The translations under genes and the position numbers were made by a program. A DNA stretch of 64,000 nucleotides from Patescibacteria group bacterium (GTDB lineage Bacteria > Patescibacteriota > Patescibacteriia > JAHIZJ01): assembly GCA_041650335.1 (NCBI GenBank), contig JBAZLK010000001.1, forward strand, positions 100,940 to 164,939, given 5' to 3'. The notes under the pieces are model-generated. The model searched no databases and was not told the origin of the DNA. It saw only the letters and a program-made list of their open reading frames with translations. This document shows positions 31,459 through 40,645 of the stretch, in pieces. How positions within the stretch are numbered: the first letter of the stretch is position 1; the number at the start of each line of letters is the position of its first letter.

Positions 31459-32554
31459 TAATTACATTATTGCATTTATCGTCAGTCTCTGCCTCGCTTT
31501 TATTATTACCCAGGTCATCCGGAGGCTGGCGAATAAACATCAAATCGTCGATCGTCCTGAAACCGATCCATCACGGAAAATTCACACTCAACCGATCCCG
31601 CTCATGGGTGGATTGTCGCTCTTTATCACTATTGCGGTCATGATCGGCACCTTTTGTGTTATTCAGAACCGCTTACTTGGCGGCTATCTCTTGCCAAAGC
31701 ATCTCGTCGGCGTCCTCGTGGGCGGCCTGATCATCATGTTTGGCGGGTACCTGGACGACCGGTATCGCTTGTCGCCCGGAAAGCAGATTATCTTTCCTAT
31801 CCTCGCCAGCCTCGTTATTATCGCGAGCGGCATCGGCGTGCAGTATATTTCAAATCCGTTCGGCCGCGCCATTCAGCTCGATTCTATCCGCCTGGTTCTA
31901 TTTACCTGGCATGGCTTGCCGTATGGGATCACTCTTTTTAGCGACCTCTTCGCCTTTGTTTGGCTGATGGGCATGATGTATACGACAAAATTTCTTGACG
32001 GTCTCGACGGCTTATCGACCGGCATCGGCACCATCGGCGCGGTGATTATTTTCTTTCTGAGTCTGGCCAAGACGGTGGCGCAACCGGAAACAGCTCTCCT
32101 CAGCATAATTTTCGCCGGCGCGGGCGCTGGTTTTCTCCTCCACAATTTTCACCCGGCAAAAATCTTCCTGGGTGAAGGCGGTAGCGTTTTTATCGGCTTT
32201 TTCCTGGGCGTTTTATCAATTATCTCCGGCGCAAAAATCGCCACTGCCTTGCTTATCATGGGTATTCCGATACTCGATGCGCTCTGGGTAATTCTGCGTC
32301 GCGTTTTCTGGGAACACCGGCCGATCGCCTCGGGCGATAAGAAGCATCTCCATTTCCGCTTGCTCGACGCCGGTCTGTCGCATCGCCAAGCAGTGGTTTT
32401 TCTCTACGTGATGACGGCCGGTTTTGGTATGGCCGGATTATATTTTCAAGGCCGAACGAAAATATACACCTTATTAGCGCTGGCCGTCTTTATGATCATC
32501 CTGGCGGGTGTGGTGGTATTTATGTATCGCCGGAAAGTTAGGCAACACGTATGA
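31448..32554 (+). CDS. Polyprenyl-phosphate N-acetylhexosamine-1-phosphate transferase (MraY/WecA family, WecA/TagO-like)
   Basis: VDRPETDPSRKIHTQPIPLMGG and DGLDGL motifs; GTG start. Confidence 0.75.
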   Translation: MAVSNYIIAFIVSLCLAFIITQVIRRLANKHQIVDRPETDPSRKIHTQPIPLMGGLSLFITIAVMIGTFCVIQNRLLGGYLLPKHLVGVLVGGLIIMFGGYLDDRYRLSPGKQIIFPILASLVIIASGIGVQYISNPFGRAIQLDSIRLVLFTWHGLPYGITLFSDLFAFVWLMGMMYTTKFLDGLDGLSTGIGTIGAVIIFFLSLAKTVAQPETALLSIIFAGAGAGFLLHNFHPAKIFLGEGGSVFIGFFLGVLSIISGAKIATALLIMGIPILDALWVILRRVFWEHRPIASGDKKHLHFRLLDAGLSHRQAVVFLYVMTAGFGMAGLYFQGRTKIYTLLALAVFMIILAGVVVFMYRRKVRQHV

Positions 32555-33429
32555 GGGTGGCCATGATCGGGCCAGCGTGTCGGGATCGCAATAGCATGGA
32601 CGGTCGGGTTTACGAGAATCTTGGCGGCCCCGTTTTCTATACCGGTAACGCGCTCGCCGCGCTCGGGGTTGAGGTTACATTTTTTGTGGCAATTGGACCG
32701 GAGGTTGCTGACTGGCGGACGAGTTTTCCGGCCTCAGATGTTTTCCGGCTCCCAGTCGCAGGCACTCATATACACGAAAACATCGAGACATCGGCCCGGC
32801 CCGGCGTGCGCGTTTGTCGCGCTCGGCCCGCCGATATGAGTATTACGGCTGAACATTTTCGAGACCATGATCTCTCGCGATATGATTATATTATCTTAGG
32901 GCCGCTGTTTCATACGGATCTGACGAAAGAATTTGTCTCGTTCGCCTCCCGATTTCCAGGGAAACTGGTACTGGAACCGCAGGGGATGATTCGTTATCTT
33001 GAAAACGGCAGCCATGTTTTTCGCCATCCGAAAAATGTCGTGTCGGTGCTATCCGAGGTGGATATCTACATCTCCGATGCAGAAGAAGCTGCCTTTATTA
33101 CCCAGAGAAAAGAGAAAGACGAGGCGATCTCGTTTATCTTAGATCACGGCGTAGCCCAGGTAATTATTACGCAAGGGGAACGCGGCTCAATTGTCGCCAC
33201 CGCGCAAGGACGGCACCAGATTCCGGCGTTTTCTCCTTCGACGATCGTTCATCCGATTGGCGCGGGCGATACGTATCTCGCCGGTTTCATAAAAGCACAA
33301 GAACTGTTTACTGATCCGTTCCAGCAGGGTTCGTTTGCAGCCATGACGGCGACATTGTCGCTGGAACAATCCGATTCGTTCAGTCAATCCACGGAGGCGG
33401 TACTCGCGCGCCTCAGGCGGAAACCTTGA
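32551..33429 (+). CDS. PfkB-family carbohydrate kinase
   Basis: C-terminal GAGDTYLAGF motif and the N-terminal GG dipeptide region. Confidence 0.65.
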   Translation: MRVAMIGPACRDRNSMDGRVYENLGGPVFYTGNALAALGVEVTFFVAIGPEVADWRTSFPASDVFRLPVAGTHIHENIETSARPGVRVCRARPADMSITAEHFRDHDLSRYDYIILGPLFHTDLTKEFVSFASRFPGKLVLEPQGMIRYLENGSHVFRHPKNVVSVLSEVDIYISDAEEAAFITQRKEKDEAISFILDHGVAQVIITQGERGSIVATAQGRHQIPAFSPSTIVHPIGAGDTYLAGFIKAQELFTDPFQQGSFAAMTATLSLEQSDSFSQSTEAVLARLRRKP

Positions 33430-33482
33430 CATGAGAACAATAATCGAATATACTTCATACTGTTATTCATTAATTTTTCGTT

Positions 33483-33803
33483 ATGTACGCAGTCATTAAA
33501 ACCGGAGGCAAGCAGTATCTCGTTAAAGAAAAAACCAGACTGAGCGTTGAGAAGCTCATCGCCAATGAAGGGGAAATCCTCACGCTGACGCAAGTGCTCA
33601 TGTTGGCTGACGAAACCGGGAAAACGGTGACCGTCGGAAAACCAACCGTTTCGGGCGCGACAGTTACGGCCAAGGTTCTCAAACAAGGCAAACTGCCAAA
33701 AGTGACCGTGATCAAGTATAAAGCCAAGGTCCGGTACCGCCGGAAACGGGGCCACCGCCAGCCGTTCACCGAGCTGGAAATTACCAAGATTTCGGCCAAA
33801 TAA
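33483..33803 (+). CDS. rplU: Ribosomal protein L21 (no L27 gene follows)
   Basis: MYAVIKTGGKQY. Confidence 0.9.
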   Translation: MYAVIKTGGKQYLVKEKTRLSVEKLIANEGEILTLTQVLMLADETGKTVTVGKPTVSGATVTAKVLKQGKLPKVTVIKYKAKVRYRRKRGHRQPFTELEITKISAK

Positions 33804-33816
33804 ACAAGATAAAAAA

Positions 33817-33847
33817 ACGAATCGCGCAAGCGGCTCGTTTTTTGTTT
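33817..33847. terminator. Bidirectional terminator (A-run, hairpin with GCAA loop, T-run) between rplU and recR
   Basis: Convergent gene ends; 9-bp stem with one mismatch. Confidence 0.5.
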
Positions 33848-33850
33848 TCT

Positions 33851-34450
33851 TTAGTGGCGGCCCTTGAGCGCGTCAGCCAGGGTTACTTCGTCGGCGTATT
33901 CGAGGTCCGCTCCGACCGGCAGTCCGCGCGCCAAACGGCTCACCTTGGCAACGTGTGGCTGGAGTATTTTCTTCAGATAGAGTCCGGTCGACTCGCCCTC
34001 AACGTCTGGGTTTAAAGCGAGGATGACCTCCTTGATTTTTGGCTGGCTTTTTTTCAGCCGTTCGACCAGCAGGCGAATGTTCAATCGGTCCGGCGTGACC
34101 CCCTCGACCGGATTCAGAACCCCACCGAGAACGAAATAGAGGCCGTTGTATTCACGGGTTTTTTCGAGTATCTGGATTTGGGGCGATTCCGCGACCACGC
34201 AGAGCATGGTTTTATCGCGGCTGCTCGACCGGCAAATGGCGCAGGGATTATATTCGGCGAAGGCGTGGCAGGTGTCGCAGACGACCACCTTATCGCGCAA
34301 CGCTTTGATTGCCTGAGCCAGCGAATCGACGGTCGTGCGCGGCTGGCGCAATAAATAATAGACAAAACGCTCGGACGTTTTTGGTCCGATACCGGGAAGC
34401 TTATTGAATTCTTCGATGAGATTTTGGATTGGTTTCGGGAACTGAGGCAT
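33851..34450 (-). CDS. recR: Recombination protein RecR
   Basis: C4 zinc finger CDTCH..CAIC plus a Toprim domain. Confidence 0.9.
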   Translation of the reverse strand: MPQFPKPIQNLIEEFNKLPGIGPKTSERFVYYLLRQPRTTVDSLAQAIKALRDKVVVCDTCHAFAEYNPCAICRSSSRDKTMLCVVAESPQIQILEKTREYNGLYFVLGGVLNPVEGVTPDRLNIRLLVERLKKSQPKIKEVILALNPDVEGESTGLYLKKILQPHVAKVSRLARGLPVGADLEYADEVTLADALKGRH

Positions 34451-34455
34451 AGGGA

Positions 34456-34746
34456 TCAGGACAAACCCGGTAAATTGTAGCCGCCTGATCGGAATTTCGC
34501 GGCCATAAGGTTTTGAACCTTTTTCACGGCGTCATTCATTGCTTCCTTCAAATCACGTTCAAGAGCTTGTTTTTCATCAGGGGTCAGCCGTTCAGGCTGA
34601 ATCTCAAGGCTGACCACTTCCTGATTGCCATTCATCACCAGGGCAATGCCACGGTGGTCGACCCGGACCTGCTCGTCGCCGAGCTGCGATTGGAGCTTCT
34701 TCGCTTGGTCGCGAAGATCCTTGTATTGTTTAAGCTTTTCAAACAT
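34456..34746 (-). CDS. ybaB: Nucleoid-associated protein YbaB/EbfC
   Basis: Conserved YbaB sequence, 96 aa. Confidence 0.85.
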   Translation of the reverse strand: MFEKLKQYKDLRDQAKKLQSQLGDEQVRVDHRGIALVMNGNQEVVSLEIQPERLTPDEKQALERDLKEAMNDAVKKVQNLMAAKFRSGGYNLPGLS

Positions 34747-34758
34747 AGAGGTAACGTT

Positions 34759-36174
34759 TTAAAACGGAGCCGCTTCCTCGCTGGTTGGGGCGAATCGTTC
34801 GCCGATATCGCTCTCGAAGCAGACGCTGTGCTCATTAAAGCGAAGTTTCACCAGTCCAGTCGGACCGTTGCGATGTTTGGCGATGTGGACCTCAACCAGA
34901 TTTGCCTCTTCGGGCCGGATGTCTTCGCGGCGATAATTCCGATCCATCATCTTGCGGTAAATAAACATGACCACGTCGGCGTCTTGTTCGATCGAGCCGG
35001 ATTCACGCAGGTGGGCCAGTTTCGGTATGGCCGGCTTGCTCATTTCCACGGCCCGCGAAAGCTGGGATAAGCCGATGACCGGCACTTGAAGCTCACGGGC
35101 GACGGCTTTCAGACCGCGGGTGATTTCGGCCACTTCCTGGACGCGATTGTCGGTCAGGCCGCGGCCCTCCATGAGCTGGAGATAATCAACGATAATGAGA
35201 TCAAGGTTGGCCTCGGATTTTAGGCGGCGCGCCTTGGTTCGAATTTCCATAACATTGGCGAGCGGGGAGTCGTCGATGAAAATATTCGCCTCGGAAAGTT
35301 TGCCCATGGCATGGCCGATGGCGGCGAAATCATCATTTTCGCCCTCGGCTGTCAGCCGCCCCGTTCGGAATTTCCAGAGGCTGATCCGCGCCTCTGAGCA
35401 GAGCAGGCGGTCAATTAATTGCTCCTTTGACATTTCCAAGCTGAAGATCGCAACCGCGGCCTTATGCTTGATTGCCGCCAGGCGGGCGAAATCAAGAGCG
35501 AGCGAGGTTTTTCCGACTGACGGACGAGCCGCCAGGATGATCAGGTCGGATTTTTGAAAGCCGGCCAGCAGGTTGTCGAGATCGGGAAAGCCACTCGGCA
35601 AGCCCCGCAGCTTGCCGCTTTCGCGGTGGAGCTCGTCCATCCGCTCAAAGGCATCCGTCAGCAATTCTTTGATCGGGACGAAATTCTGCTTGAGGTATTT
35701 TTGTGAGACGCTGAACAACGACTGCTCGGCTTTATCGAGGATAAAGTCGACCTCGTTCTCTTCGTGAAAACCCATCGAGGCGATTTCAGACGCCGATTCG
35801 ATCAGCCGGCGCAAGGTTGCCTTTTTCTGGACCACGTTGGCGTAATGAACAACATTGCCGGCGGTCGGCACGATATTTGTCAGGGTTGCCAGGTATGAGC
35901 GTCCGCCGACTGTCTCCAGTCGTTCAGCCTCTTCGAGCTTATTGGACAGACTTAAAAGGTCAATTGGCTCTCGGCGGGTGTAGAGATTGAGCATCGCTTC
36001 AAAAATAAACCGATGGCTATCGCGGTAAAAATCGGTTGGCGAGAGAATATCAGCGATTCTGGTAACAGCTTCTTTGTCAATCAAAAGCGACCCCAAAACC
36101 GCCTGTTCGGCTTCCAGGTTTTGCGGAGGCACTTTTTCGATCGTCGTCTTTTGTGTCGATTGGGATTCAGCCAT
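34759..36174 (-). CDS. dnaB: Replicative DNA helicase DnaB
   Basis: Walker A GKTSLAL and RecA-like C-terminal domain. Start set at MAESQ (36174); an alternative ATG lies at 36210. The 5' part of the track ORF (up to 36816) runs antisense to the neighbouring gene and is rejected. Confidence 0.85.
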   Translation of the reverse strand: MAESQSTQKTTIEKVPPQNLEAEQAVLGSLLIDKEAVTRIADILSPTDFYRDSHRFIFEAMLNLYTRREPIDLLSLSNKLEEAERLETVGGRSYLATLTNIVPTAGNVVHYANVVQKKATLRRLIESASEIASMGFHEENEVDFILDKAEQSLFSVSQKYLKQNFVPIKELLTDAFERMDELHRESGKLRGLPSGFPDLDNLLAGFQKSDLIILAARPSVGKTSLALDFARLAAIKHKAAVAIFSLEMSKEQLIDRLLCSEARISLWKFRTGRLTAEGENDDFAAIGHAMGKLSEANIFIDDSPLANVMEIRTKARRLKSEANLDLIIVDYLQLMEGRGLTDNRVQEVAEITRGLKAVARELQVPVIGLSQLSRAVEMSKPAIPKLAHLRESGSIEQDADVVMFIYRKMMDRNYRREDIRPEEANLVEVHIAKHRNGPTGLVKLRFNEHSVCFESDIGERFAPTSEEAAPF

Positions 36175-36333
36175 ATACCCGTCAGTTGGCGTGTTTGTTC
36201 GTCCTTCCATAGTAGCCAATGGCGCGAAAAATAGCAAGCCTGCCAAGCGCACAGGATGTTCACGCTTTATCCCCATTTCTATTGGTCGCTTTGGGCTTGC
36301 GCCGATGGAAAAAAACGGGTATACTACGCCAAT

Positions 36334-36945
36334 ATGAACCACAATGAATTCATTGTCGTCGATGTTGAAACGACCGGGTTTAAACCGACCGAGGGGCATT
36401 GTATTATTGAGATCGCGGCGGAAAGGTTGCGCGAGTCGAACGTCGTTGATACCTATCATTCGTTGGTCATATCCGAACGATCGATTGATCCGGAGACCGT
36501 GCTGATCCATGGGATTACTGAGGAATTGCTTCGTCTGGAAGGCCGGCCGGTTCACGAGGTGATGCAAGAATTTGTGTCGTTTATCAAGGATGCTCCGCTC
36601 ATCGGCCACAACATCGGCTTTGACCTCGCCTTTATCAACGCCCACCTCGAACGGCTGAGTCTGCCGCGGCTGACGAACAAAACGATTGATACGATCGAGC
36701 TGGCCAGAAAATATTTGATTATCCCGAGCTATAGCCTGGAAAAGGTCTCCGCCTATCTGAAAGTACCGCAGCCGTCGGCACATCGCGCGAAAGTCGACGT
36801 TGAAGTCACGCGGCAAGTGTTTCTAAAACTCAACGAACGGGCGCAGGCCAGGGGAGGAAAAGTCGCCCCAGCGGCAGCCCAACCGGGGACAAACCCCCAA
36901 AAACCCGTTCCGCCGATCATCCCGCCTCCGACTAGGCTTTTCTAG
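36334..36945 (+). CDS. DnaQ-like 3'-5' exonuclease (DEDDh) with a Pro-rich C-terminal tail
   Basis: Exo motifs VVDVETTG, HNIGFDLAF and HRAKVD. The ATG at 36334 is preceded by a TATACT -10 box. Confidence 0.7.
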   Translation: MNHNEFIVVDVETTGFKPTEGHCIIEIAAERLRESNVVDTYHSLVISERSIDPETVLIHGITEELLRLEGRPVHEVMQEFVSFIKDAPLIGHNIGFDLAFINAHLERLSLPRLTNKTIDTIELARKYLIIPSYSLEKVSAYLKVPQPSAHRAKVDVEVTRQVFLKLNERAQARGGKVAPAAAQPGTNPQKPVPPIIPPPTRLF

Positions 36946-36954
36946 CCAAAATAC

Positions 36955-36980
36955 AAAAAACAGTCATTGACTGTTTTTTT
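36955..36980. terminator. Palindromic terminator AAAAAACAG-tcattga-CTGTTTTTTT
   Basis: Perfect inverted repeat flanked by an A-run and a T-run. Confidence 0.55.
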
Positions 36981-37011
36981 GTTTGTTTGATGCGCCCTAT
37001 CGTATTCAACT

Positions 37012-37049
37012 CACGTTATGGTTTCTATGGTGCGCCCAGAGGGATTTGA
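37012..37049. repeat. 38-nt direct repeat, copy A: duplicates the 3' 22 nt of tRNA-Lys plus 16 nt of its flank (one mismatch)
   Basis: Matches 37128..37165 at 37 of 38 positions. Confidence 0.7.
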
Positions 37050-37127
37050 GTCCTGCCCCGTACCGTTCTGGTACGGGGTGCCCTTCAAATCCATTCGCTT
37101 TTGAAACCGATACCTTATTTTTCAGCA

Positions 37128-37165
37128 CACGTTGTGGTTTCTATGGTGCGCCCAGAGGGATTTGA
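37128..37165. repeat. 38-nt direct repeat, copy B: overlaps the 3' end of tRNA-Lys
   Basis: See copy A. Confidence 0.7.
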
Positions 37166-37219
37166 ACCCCCGACCGTCTGCTTAAAAGGCAGCTGCTCTA
37201 CCAACTGAGCTATGGGCGC
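37144..37219 (-). tRNA. tRNA-Lys (anticodon TTT), CCA encoded
   Basis: Manual cloverleaf: GCGCCCA...GCTCAGTTGGTAGAGC...CTTTTAA loop...GGGGGTTCAAATCCCTC...TGGGCGCACCA. Confidence 0.85.
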
Positions 37220-37272
37220 ATGGTACGTAGCGAATAGTATCAAACATGACGGATGTTGGCAAGAGTTCGCTG

Positions 37273-37301
37273 TTGAATATTTGCCGATAACGTTGTATAA
37301 T
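37273..37301 (+). promoter_or_regulatory. Promoter TTGAAT-N17-TATAAT for the P-type ATPase
   Basis: Consensus hexamers 12 nt upstream of the ATG at 37313. Confidence 0.5.
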
Positions 37302-37312
37302 ATTTACTAGTT

Positions 37313-40000
37313 ATGTCAGAACACGCATGGTACAAATTGCCGCAAGCCAAGATTTTTGAGCTTCTAAGAACACGGAAGACCGGTTTGACTGACCAGGAAG
37401 TTGCGGCCCGCCAGCGGAAATACGGTTCAAATACATTACCCCAGGACAAACGCGCGACCTGGGTTATTTTATTGTTGAAACAATTTCAAAGCTCGCTTAT
37501 TTATATCCTTTTGTTTGCCGCCGGCATCAGCCTGTTGTTGGTCGACTATGTCGATATGTACGTGATTTTGGCGGCCGTGTTATTAAACGTTGTCGTCGGC
37601 TTCATCCAGGAAAATCGGGCGATGAAAGCGATGGATAAACTGCGCCGAGTCGTGGAATTCACGACGCTGGTTCTGCGTGACAGCAGGGAACTAAAGATAA
37701 ATGTGGCGGATTTGGTGCCGGGCGACATTGTTCTCATTCAACCAGGCGATAAAGTACCGGCCGATGTCCGGTTGATCGAAGCAGAACAGCTGCGGGTGAA
37801 TGAAGCGCGGCTGACTGGCGAGTCCAACCCAGTCGTAAAATCCACGGAAACGCTCCACAACGAACTGGTGCTGGCCGATCGCCTGAACATGGCGTTTATG
37901 GGCACGGTTGTTACCGGCGGTGTCGGCCGGGGCGTCGTCTGCGCGATCGGGCTGGAGACGGAAATCGGTCAGATCGCGAAGATGATAAAAGAAACCAAAG
38001 AAGAACAAACGCCCCTGCAGAAAAAACTCAACAGTCTCAGCAAATTAATCGGCGGGAGCGTGCTCTTGATCTGCCTGGGCGTTTTTCTGCTTGGCCTGCT
38101 GACGGGTCGCGCCTTCATCGAAATGTTCACCACCTCGGTCGCTATCGCCGTGGCGGCCATCCCCGAGGGTTTAGCCGTGGTGGTGACGGTTATTTTAGCG
38201 ATCGGAATGCAGCGGATATTGAAACAACAAGGCCTGGTCCGAAAACTGGTAGCCGCCGAAACGCTGGGTTCCACCACGGTCATCTGCACTGATAAAACCG
38301 GCACACTGACTGAAGGGGAAATGCGGGTGGTTCGGGTTATTACGAACAATCATGATTTAGAGGCAACCGGAGACAAATTCAAAACGCACCTAAAAGAAAC
38401 CGGGGATCAGACGAGTTTTATTACCGCGCTGAAAATCGGCGTTTTGTGCAATGACGCTCACATCGAAAACGAGTTCAGTCCGTTGCACGAATGGAAAATA
38501 TTCGGCAACCCGACGGAAAAGGCGCTCATCCTGGCTGGCAGCGAGGTCGGGCTGAGTCGTCATGTTTTGGAAAAAATACATCCGCGCCTGGCCGAGATAC
38601 CGTTCAATTCAGAGCGGAAGTACATGGTTACGCTCCAGGGCTGGTCAAAAACGCACCACCTCATCTACATAAAAGGCGCACCAGAAAAAATACTCGAGAT
38701 GTCCTGGCGGATCGATGTCGATGGCCAGATCGAACAGCTGACGCCTCAACAACGTGATAAAATTAAAAAGCGCTTTGAGCATCTAAGCAACGAAGGGCTG
38801 AGAATCATCGCCCTAGCCTTTAAATCCACTTCGGCTGAAACGGCAGAATTAAAAGAAGCGCCCGGCCTGCTTGAGGATTTTGTTTTTGCCGGATTGATGG
38901 GCATCCAGGATCCACTCCGGCCGGAAGCGAAAGAGACGATACGGCAATGTAAGGAAGCCGGTATTAGAATCGCGATGATTACCGGTGATCATCGCTTGAC
39001 CGCCCAGTCGATCGCCCAGGAGTTAGGTTTACCCTCAAAGAACGAGAATATTCTCCAGGGCGACGAGCTGGCCACATTGAACACGACACAGCTGCAGAAA
39101 CGCGTCAAAAAGGTGTCCGTCTACGCTCGGGTGACGCCGAAAGACAAGCTGCGCATTGTTGACGCGCTCCAGGCTGACGGGGAGGTTGTCGCGATGACAG
39201 GGGACGGTTTGAACGACGCGCCGGCCCTGCGCTCCGCCGATATCGGCGTCTCGCTCGGTTCGGGAACCGACATCGCCAAAGAGACCGCCAATCTTGTTAT
39301 CCTCGACAACAATTTCAAAACGATCGTCGCTGCGGTCCGGCAGGGGCGCGTGCTTTTTGAAAACATAAAAAAAGTGGTGCTCTACCTCATGTCGGACAGT
39401 TTTTCCGAGGTGATCATTATCGCTGGAGCGTTAGTGTTGGGCATACCGCTGCCGCTCGTGGCGGCGCAGATACTCTGGATCAATTTAGTCGGGGATGGCC
39501 TGCCGAACATGGCGCTGACGGTTGAACCGGAAGAGCGGCACATCATGCAGGAACCGCCGATCCGCCGGAATGCCCCGATCCTTGATGCGGAAATGAAAAC
39601 GCTTATTGCCGTGATCAGTATCGTCACTGGTCTGGTCACGCTTGGACTCTTTTACTATTTCTGGAAATCAACCGGCGATCTGTCATTAGCCCGGACCATC
39701 GCCTTCGCTTCCGTCGGCGTTGACTCGCTGATATACGTCTTCAGCTGCCGCTCTCTCCGGATACCAATCATAAAGAAAAATCCGTTTTCAAATCCCTGGC
39801 TGGTTTATGCCGTGATCGGTGGCATCATACTTCAAATTGCCGCCATCTATTTTGGTCCGTTGCAGAATGTTTTACGAACGGTTCCGCTGACGCTTGACCA
39901 TTGGCTGGTCATTGGCACGGCCGTTATATTTGTCATCCTGCTCATCGAAGTGATAAAATATTTATTCTTACACCAAAAGAAATTCCATGCGGCGCAATAA
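37313..40000 (+). CDS. P-type (P2-type, Ca2+/Mg2+-like) cation-transporting ATPase
   Basis: DKTGTLT, TGDHRLTA and MTGDGLNDAPAL motifs plus PEGL; 895 aa. Confidence 0.9.
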   Translation: MSEHAWYKLPQAKIFELLRTRKTGLTDQEVAARQRKYGSNTLPQDKRATWVILLLKQFQSSLIYILLFAAGISLLLVDYVDMYVILAAVLLNVVVGFIQENRAMKAMDKLRRVVEFTTLVLRDSRELKINVADLVPGDIVLIQPGDKVPADVRLIEAEQLRVNEARLTGESNPVVKSTETLHNELVLADRLNMAFMGTVVTGGVGRGVVCAIGLETEIGQIAKMIKETKEEQTPLQKKLNSLSKLIGGSVLLICLGVFLLGLLTGRAFIEMFTTSVAIAVAAIPEGLAVVVTVILAIGMQRILKQQGLVRKLVAAETLGSTTVICTDKTGTLTEGEMRVVRVITNNHDLEATGDKFKTHLKETGDQTSFITALKIGVLCNDAHIENEFSPLHEWKIFGNPTEKALILAGSEVGLSRHVLEKIHPRLAEIPFNSERKYMVTLQGWSKTHHLIYIKGAPEKILEMSWRIDVDGQIEQLTPQQRDKIKKRFEHLSNEGLRIIALAFKSTSAETAELKEAPGLLEDFVFAGLMGIQDPLRPEAKETIRQCKEAGIRIAMITGDHRLTAQSIAQELGLPSKNENILQGDELATLNTTQLQKRVKKVSVYARVTPKDKLRIVDALQADGEVVAMTGDGLNDAPALRSADIGVSLGSGTDIAKETANLVILDNNFKTIVAAVRQGRVLFENIKKVVLYLMSDSFSEVIIIAGALVLGIPLPLVAAQILWINLVGDGLPNMALTVEPEERHIMQEPPIRRNAPILDAEMKTLIAVISIVTGLVTLGLFYYFWKSTGDLSLARTIAFASVGVDSLIYVFSCRSLRIPIIKKNPFSNPWLVYAVIGGIILQIAAIYFGPLQNVLRTVPLTLDHWLVIGTAVIFVILLIEVIKYLFLHQKKFHAAQ

Positions 40001-40583
40001 TGTTCTGACAGCCATTGCCTTCGTGTCACTCGCGGTTCTCATCGTGGTCGAGCTCGGTACGCATTACGATAGCTGGGATCGTCAAGTGGCCCTCTCGATA
40101 ACAAATATCATCGGCGGTGGCGTTTATTTATTGATCTATTATTTCCTGAAACGGCGCGGCATCACGTTGCCGTGGATAGCGGCCTGGCTGGTCGCTCTCG
40201 GTATCTGGTTCGACGCGCTCGGGAATTTTCAGCACTTTTTCGGTCGGATCCTCTGGTGGGACAAGCTCGCGCATTTCACCGGATCATTGCCCCCGGCAAC
40301 GGTCTTTTGGGCGGTCCTGTATGGGTTTGGAAAAAAGGGGACGATCCGACTGCCAAATTGGCTGGCCGGCCTATTTGCCGTTTGTCTGACAGTAACGCTG
40401 TCGGTGCTCTACGAAATATCTGAATATATCGGCGATCTGAACTTTCCGACCCATCGGATAACGGATTTATACGATACGGTCGATGATTTAATGTATAATT
40501 TATTAGGCGCCGTCGCCGTAGTAATCATTTGTCTGCTTATTTACCGAAAGAAACAGAAGGACGACCGCGAAACGAGTGTTTGA
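39987..40583 (+). CDS. Hypothetical polytopic membrane protein
   Basis: ORF with 5-6 predicted TM helices; overlaps the end of the ATPase by 14 nt. Confidence 0.5.
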   Translation: MRRNNVLTAIAFVSLAVLIVVELGTHYDSWDRQVALSITNIIGGGVYLLIYYFLKRRGITLPWIAAWLVALGIWFDALGNFQHFFGRILWWDKLAHFTGSLPPATVFWAVLYGFGKKGTIRLPNWLAGLFAVCLTVTLSVLYEISEYIGDLNFPTHRITDLYDTVDDLMYNLLGAVAVVIICLLIYRKKQKDDRETSV

Positions 40584-40589
40584 AATATT

Positions 40590-40641
40590 TTGACAGCAGT
40601 CGGAAAAATCGCTATAATTTAACAACACGATAGCGATTTTT
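40590..40641 (+). promoter_or_regulatory. asnS promoter (TTGACA-N17-TATAAT) overlapped by a perfect 12-bp inverted repeat AAAAATCGCTAT-N14-ATAGCGATTTTT
   Basis: The -35 and -10 hexamers lie at 40590..40618; the palindrome arms lie at 40604..40615 and 40630..40641. Confidence 0.5.
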
Positions 40642-40645
40642 TCTT

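Noticed and set aside
34513-35070. 185-aa + strand ORF
   Set aside because: Antisense within dnaB.
36211-36816. N-terminal 200-aa extension of the dnaB ORF
   Set aside because: The DnaB homology begins at MAESQ/MEGRT (36174/36210). The upstream part is antisense to the DnaQ-like exonuclease gene and is open only because that frame lacks a stop codon.
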